Part shown: piece after piece, positions 17,132 through 20,414 of the stretch | Position numbering within the stretch: the first letter of the stretch is position 1 | How the letters are laid out: every line of letters starts with the position of its first letter | Assembly: GCA_963807635.1 (NCBI GenBank) | Contig: CAWEDJ010000059.1 | Coordinates: forward strand, 1 to 20,414 | Direction of reading: 5' to 3' | DNA from: an uncultured cyanobacterium | GTDB lineage: Bacteria; Cyanobacteriota; Cyanobacteriia; Cyanobacteriales; Microcystaceae | DNA: 20,414 nt | Made by a program: the position numbers and the translations under genes | Notes under the pieces: generated by a model | What the model was told of the DNA's origin: nothing | Seen by the model: only the letters and a program-made list of their open reading frames with translations | Databases searched by the model: none

Positions 17132-17937
17132 ATGTTTTGGTACGACGGAAAATTAGTTGAAAATAATCAAATTTCCCTAGAAATTCATAACCCTGGTTTA
17201 ATCTATGGTGCGACAGTTTTTACAACCCTGCGAGTTTATCATTCTTCCCTAAATCATCCTTTAACCCACTGGCAACAACACTGCGATCGCCTCAAAAAAA
17301 GTTTGATACAATTTGACTGGCCATTTCCTGATTGGCAAGAAATGATAAATGGAGCCGAACAATTATTAACACATTATCCTATTTTACGAATTGTTGTTTT
17401 TCCCGATCGCAAAATTTGGATTACAGGACGCTTTTTGTCCGAAGATTTAGCTCTACGTCAGCAAGAAGGAATCATTGGCTGGGTTGCAAATTCACCTATT
17501 TTTAAGCGATCTCTAGCAGATCATAAAACAGGGAATTATTTAACCGCTTGGTTAGCCCTACAAAAAGCCCAAAAACAAGGAGCCAAAGAAGCAATTTTAA
17601 TGAATGATCATAATGATTGGCTAGAAACCTGTACGGGCAATTTGTGGGGCTGAAAAACAATTGTTTCTGGACACCACCCGATAATGGCACAATTTTACCT
17701 GGGATTACGCGATCGCAACTTTTACAGTATTTACAACAACAAGGAATAGAAGTTAAACAAGACTATTGGAGTCCTAATTTAATTCAATCTTTTGAGAGCA
17801 TTGCCTACAGTAATTGCGGCGTAGAAATCATTCCCTTTTTCAAAATATTAAATCAATCCCAAACACTAGAATTCAATCCTCACCATCCTTCGTTAAATTT
17901 ATTAAAAAATTATTTTCAACAATCAAAAATCCCGTAG
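17132..17937 (+). CDS. Aminotransferase class IV (4-amino-4-deoxychorismate lyase-like); frameshift near 17650
   Basis: GLIYGATVFTTLR, HCDRL, HKTGNYL and ETCTGNLWG, then WTPP..GTILPGITR in the second frame. Confidence 0.88.
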
Positions 17938-17960
17938 GGACATAATATATTATGTCCTTA
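17934..17960. repeat. REP-like palindrome, copy 3 (most intact, GTAG-headed)
   Basis: GTAGGGACATAATATATTATGTCCTTA forms a near-perfect hairpin; lies between convergent genes. Confidence 0.8.
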
Positions 17961-18007
17961 ATCTGTAGGAGAGCTAACAACCAATTAGCCGATAGAAATA
18001 TTTGTTA

Positions 18008-18727
18008 TTAGAGGCGATCGGGATCGATTCCCTGCGCCCTCAATAGATTTGCTAATCGTTCTGCTCGTTGACGTTCAATGGCTAATTCCTGAACCAACTC
18101 CGCTCCCCAGGGCAAAAGCTCTCCTTGCTCAGTCCACCAACGTAACCAAGATTTTTGTCTGCCCTCTCGCACACCGTTCCAAACGCCTAAATAGAGTTGC
18201 AAGGGTTCCAGCCAATAACGCCCTGTTTCATCGGGGTTTTGACGTTTATAAATCCCATTTTCTAGTTGATAAACCTCTAGATGGGCGGATTGAATTTCAA
18301 ACAAAACATAGTAGGGAGCCTTGAGGATTTTTTCATAAAAGAACCATTTACCATAGGGATGATTCGGTTTAATGGAATATTCTCCCCCCTCGGTTTCTGA
18401 GAGAAATTCCATGACAATCGCGGGAATATCGCCTTGAATTTGGGGAGTATAACTACGCTCAATTTCAGTTTTAGGAACCGCAATGCGGGGAATATAGGCC
18501 CAATCGGGAGCTTTGACGACAAATTGTTGCTCGACTTGGACACAAATACCGTAATTTGTCGTTGTAATACTCTCAGGTGTTAGTTTATCCGCATTAACCA
18601 GACTTTCGGTAAGAGCGGCAGCCAGACTCGGTTGATTAATATTATCCACAGGTTCATCAGGAAGAATAAAATCCTTGGGTAGGAGTTCCCAACGAATTTG
18701 AGACTCTAGAGTAGGGGTTTGTACCAT
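18008..18727 (-). CDS. Uma2 family endonuclease (subfamily with C-terminal coiled-coil tail)
   Basis: KAPDWAYIP, IVMEFLSETEGGEY, GKWFFYEKIL, WLRWW and ERQRAERLA..LRAQGIDPD motifs. Confidence 0.88.
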   Translation of the reverse strand: MVQTPTLESQIRWELLPKDFILPDEPVDNINQPSLAAALTESLVNADKLTPESITTTNYGICVQVEQQFVVKAPDWAYIPRIAVPKTEIERSYTPQIQGDIPAIVMEFLSETEGGEYSIKPNHPYGKWFFYEKILKAPYYVLFEIQSAHLEVYQLENGIYKRQNPDETGRYWLEPLQLYLGVWNGVREGRQKSWLRWWTEQGELLPWGAELVQELAIERQRAERLANLLRAQGIDPDRL

Positions 18728-18765
18728 TGGTCGCTCCCAAAATATCATTGATTTAAGTTTAACTA

Positions 18766-20414
18766 GGGCTTGCTGAAAAAGTCAAAAAACAGGAAGAGGG
18801 GATTAATTTATGAATTTAAGGCGAGTAAAACATAAGGGTTAAATGAATTGTCAACACAAAGCATAAGCTGGGCTAATAAGAGGGCAGAAAAATAAGCTCT
18901 TCTTCCGAAAAAGACAAAAAAAACGTAAAACCTGCCGAAGCAGGGCAAAAAGATTGATGACTAAAAAGGTGATAGCAATAGCGGTTTCAGAGGTATCAGG
19001 AAGTTTTGTCATAACTCGATTGAGGCTAAATCGTCTCTTTGCTTGACCAAATTTGCCTTCAATAGCATTACGGTCTCTTTCATCTTGAAGAGCTTCTTTC
19101 TTTTTTTCTGGACTAATATTTGTGGGTCGTCTTCCCAAGGGTGGGCCACTCAATCGAATTCCCTTCTCCTTACAAAAAGCGCGATTTTCCCTTGTGCGAT
19201 AGATTGCATCAGCATGAACAGACTGGGGATAGTAGCCTGTCTCACGTTTAAACTCTTCTATTTGTCCTTTGAAGTCGCCTGATTCATTATAATTATCCCA
19301 ACTTAATCGGTATAAATAAAGATATCCATTCACATAACTTGCTGATAGTTTTGCACCAAACTCTACTGGCGTTCCCGCTTTTCCTCTAACAATGGGACGA
19401 ACATGAGGTTGAGTCAAACTCACAATTCTATTTTCTACCTTATTTTCTTTATTTTCATACATTCCTACTTGTTGCTCATAGGCTTTTTGTATTATCGACA
19501 GTATCTTTTCGTCTTTTTTACTTAATTTTGCGACCTCTTTATCTTCTCTTAATTTTTCTATATGGGAAAGGTTTCTTTTGATATATTGGATTTGTTTTTT
19601 ATGCCCTTTCTCCTTTCTTTTCTCGACGGACGGCGTTTTTTTGACAATTTTAAGTAATCTTTTCTGGCTCTTATTCTATAGGTTCTTGGTTTTTTTCCTT
19701 TTTTTTTAGTTTTTTTATACAAGTTGTCTATTATTTTTTCGGTTTTTTCTCTTGCCTCATTCAAGATTCCTATATCTGTTGGATATTTGATGTCTGCTGG
19801 TGCACAGGTTGCATCTATTAATAGCTTTCCTCTATTCTGATTTTCCCCTTCACTTTTTTCTTTTACTTCTGATAATATTTCTTCTTCTTTTTTTACCATT
19901 GCTTTATTTATTTGATTCACCAAGTCCATTCCTATTCTTTGACGGAAATGTACTAACAGTGACGCATCAAATGCCTCCTCATTTTCATATACTTCTAGTC
20001 CTATAAAATATTGTAAGTAAGGGTTTTCTTTTATTTGTTCTACTGTTTCTCGGTCACTTATTCTCAATATTTCTTTTATTATTAATGACCCTAATGCCAT
20101 CCTAAATGGTTTGGCTGTCGCTCCTTTATTTTCTGAAAATTGTTTTGCATATTCTTCTTCAAATTCCTCCCACGGAATTATTTTTGACATGATTACCCAA
20201 CGATTTTCTTCTTTTGGCTTCCACTCACTTGGTATTTTGAAGTTTTCAACAGTCGATTTTTCGGATTCTTTTTTGGGGTACATCGTTCAATGCTCTGGAA
20301 GGGGAGGGGTGCAAGCCTTTTCACTCATTTTAGACCTTTTTTTTGCACTTTTTTTGCTCTCTAAATCCCCTCATCTCTTTTCTTATAAGGCTTTCAGCTT
20401 TTTTCAGCAAGCTC
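18766..20414 (-). mobile_element. IS5-family element, about 1.65 kb, ending exactly at the window edge
   Basis: TIR GGGCTTGCTGAAAAA at 18766 versus TTTTTCAGCAAGCTC at 20400-20414 (14/15); CTAG at the left junction. Confidence 0.92.
18851..20283 (-). CDS. IS5-family transposase; one frameshift in an A-tract near 19595
   Basis: FRMALGSLIIKE, QIKENPYLQYF, LIDATCAPADIKYPTD, RPIVRGKAGTPVEFGAK and RNAIEGKFGQAKRRF motifs; one added A fuses the two ORFs via KKQIQYIKRNL. Confidence 0.9.

Larger units (their letters stand above)
550..17716. repeat. HIP1 octamer GCGATCGC, about 27 dispersed copies, none seen inside the three IS elements
   Basis: Examples at 550, 941, 1112, 1785, 1928, 5121, 6232, 8523, 9211, 9241, 16373 and 17709 (counted by eye). 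Confidence 0.95.

Noticed and set aside
16900..17660. Programmed frameshifting in the permease or aminotransferase
   Set aside because: No slippery heptamer at either break; single indels are consistent with read errors.
7128..20006. Remaining short antisense or overlapping ORFs in the track (7128-7668, 9892-10104, 14351-14882, 15738-16022, 17502-17690, 18049-18543, 19043-19282, 19800-20006)
   Set aside because: They overlap well-supported genes or transposases in other frames and show no independent coding signal.

Overview
Cyanobacterial chromosomal window with about 27 HIP1 GCGATCGC octamers (counted by eye) and Synechocystis/Chroococcales-like gene content. The core genes are an nblB-like HEAT protein, a class-A beta-lactamase-like serine hydrolase, murA, tRNA-Leu(CAG), a TrmH methyltransferase, miaA, a gamma-glutamylcyclotransferase, sigG with its anti-sigma, comFB/cdgR, hfq, glyQ, an ABC-2 permease and a class IV aminotransferase. 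Between them sit small accessory genes (DUF4258/YgiT pair, DUF1304, an HsdR_N-like nuclease, yefM-yoeB, two Uma2 genes) and three IS elements (one IS701 pseudogene, two IS5). The most notable signal is that two accessory modules are each bracketed by direct repeats built on a HIP1-N22-HIP1 doublet with related spacers, which suggests HIP1-doublet-delimited gene cassettes. A separate 26-bp REP-like palindrome accompanies the Uma2 genes. Many frameshifts in essential genes, mostly at 0.3-5 kb, fall at GGCC and CGATCG motifs and look like methylation-linked long-read errors rather than real pseudogenes.
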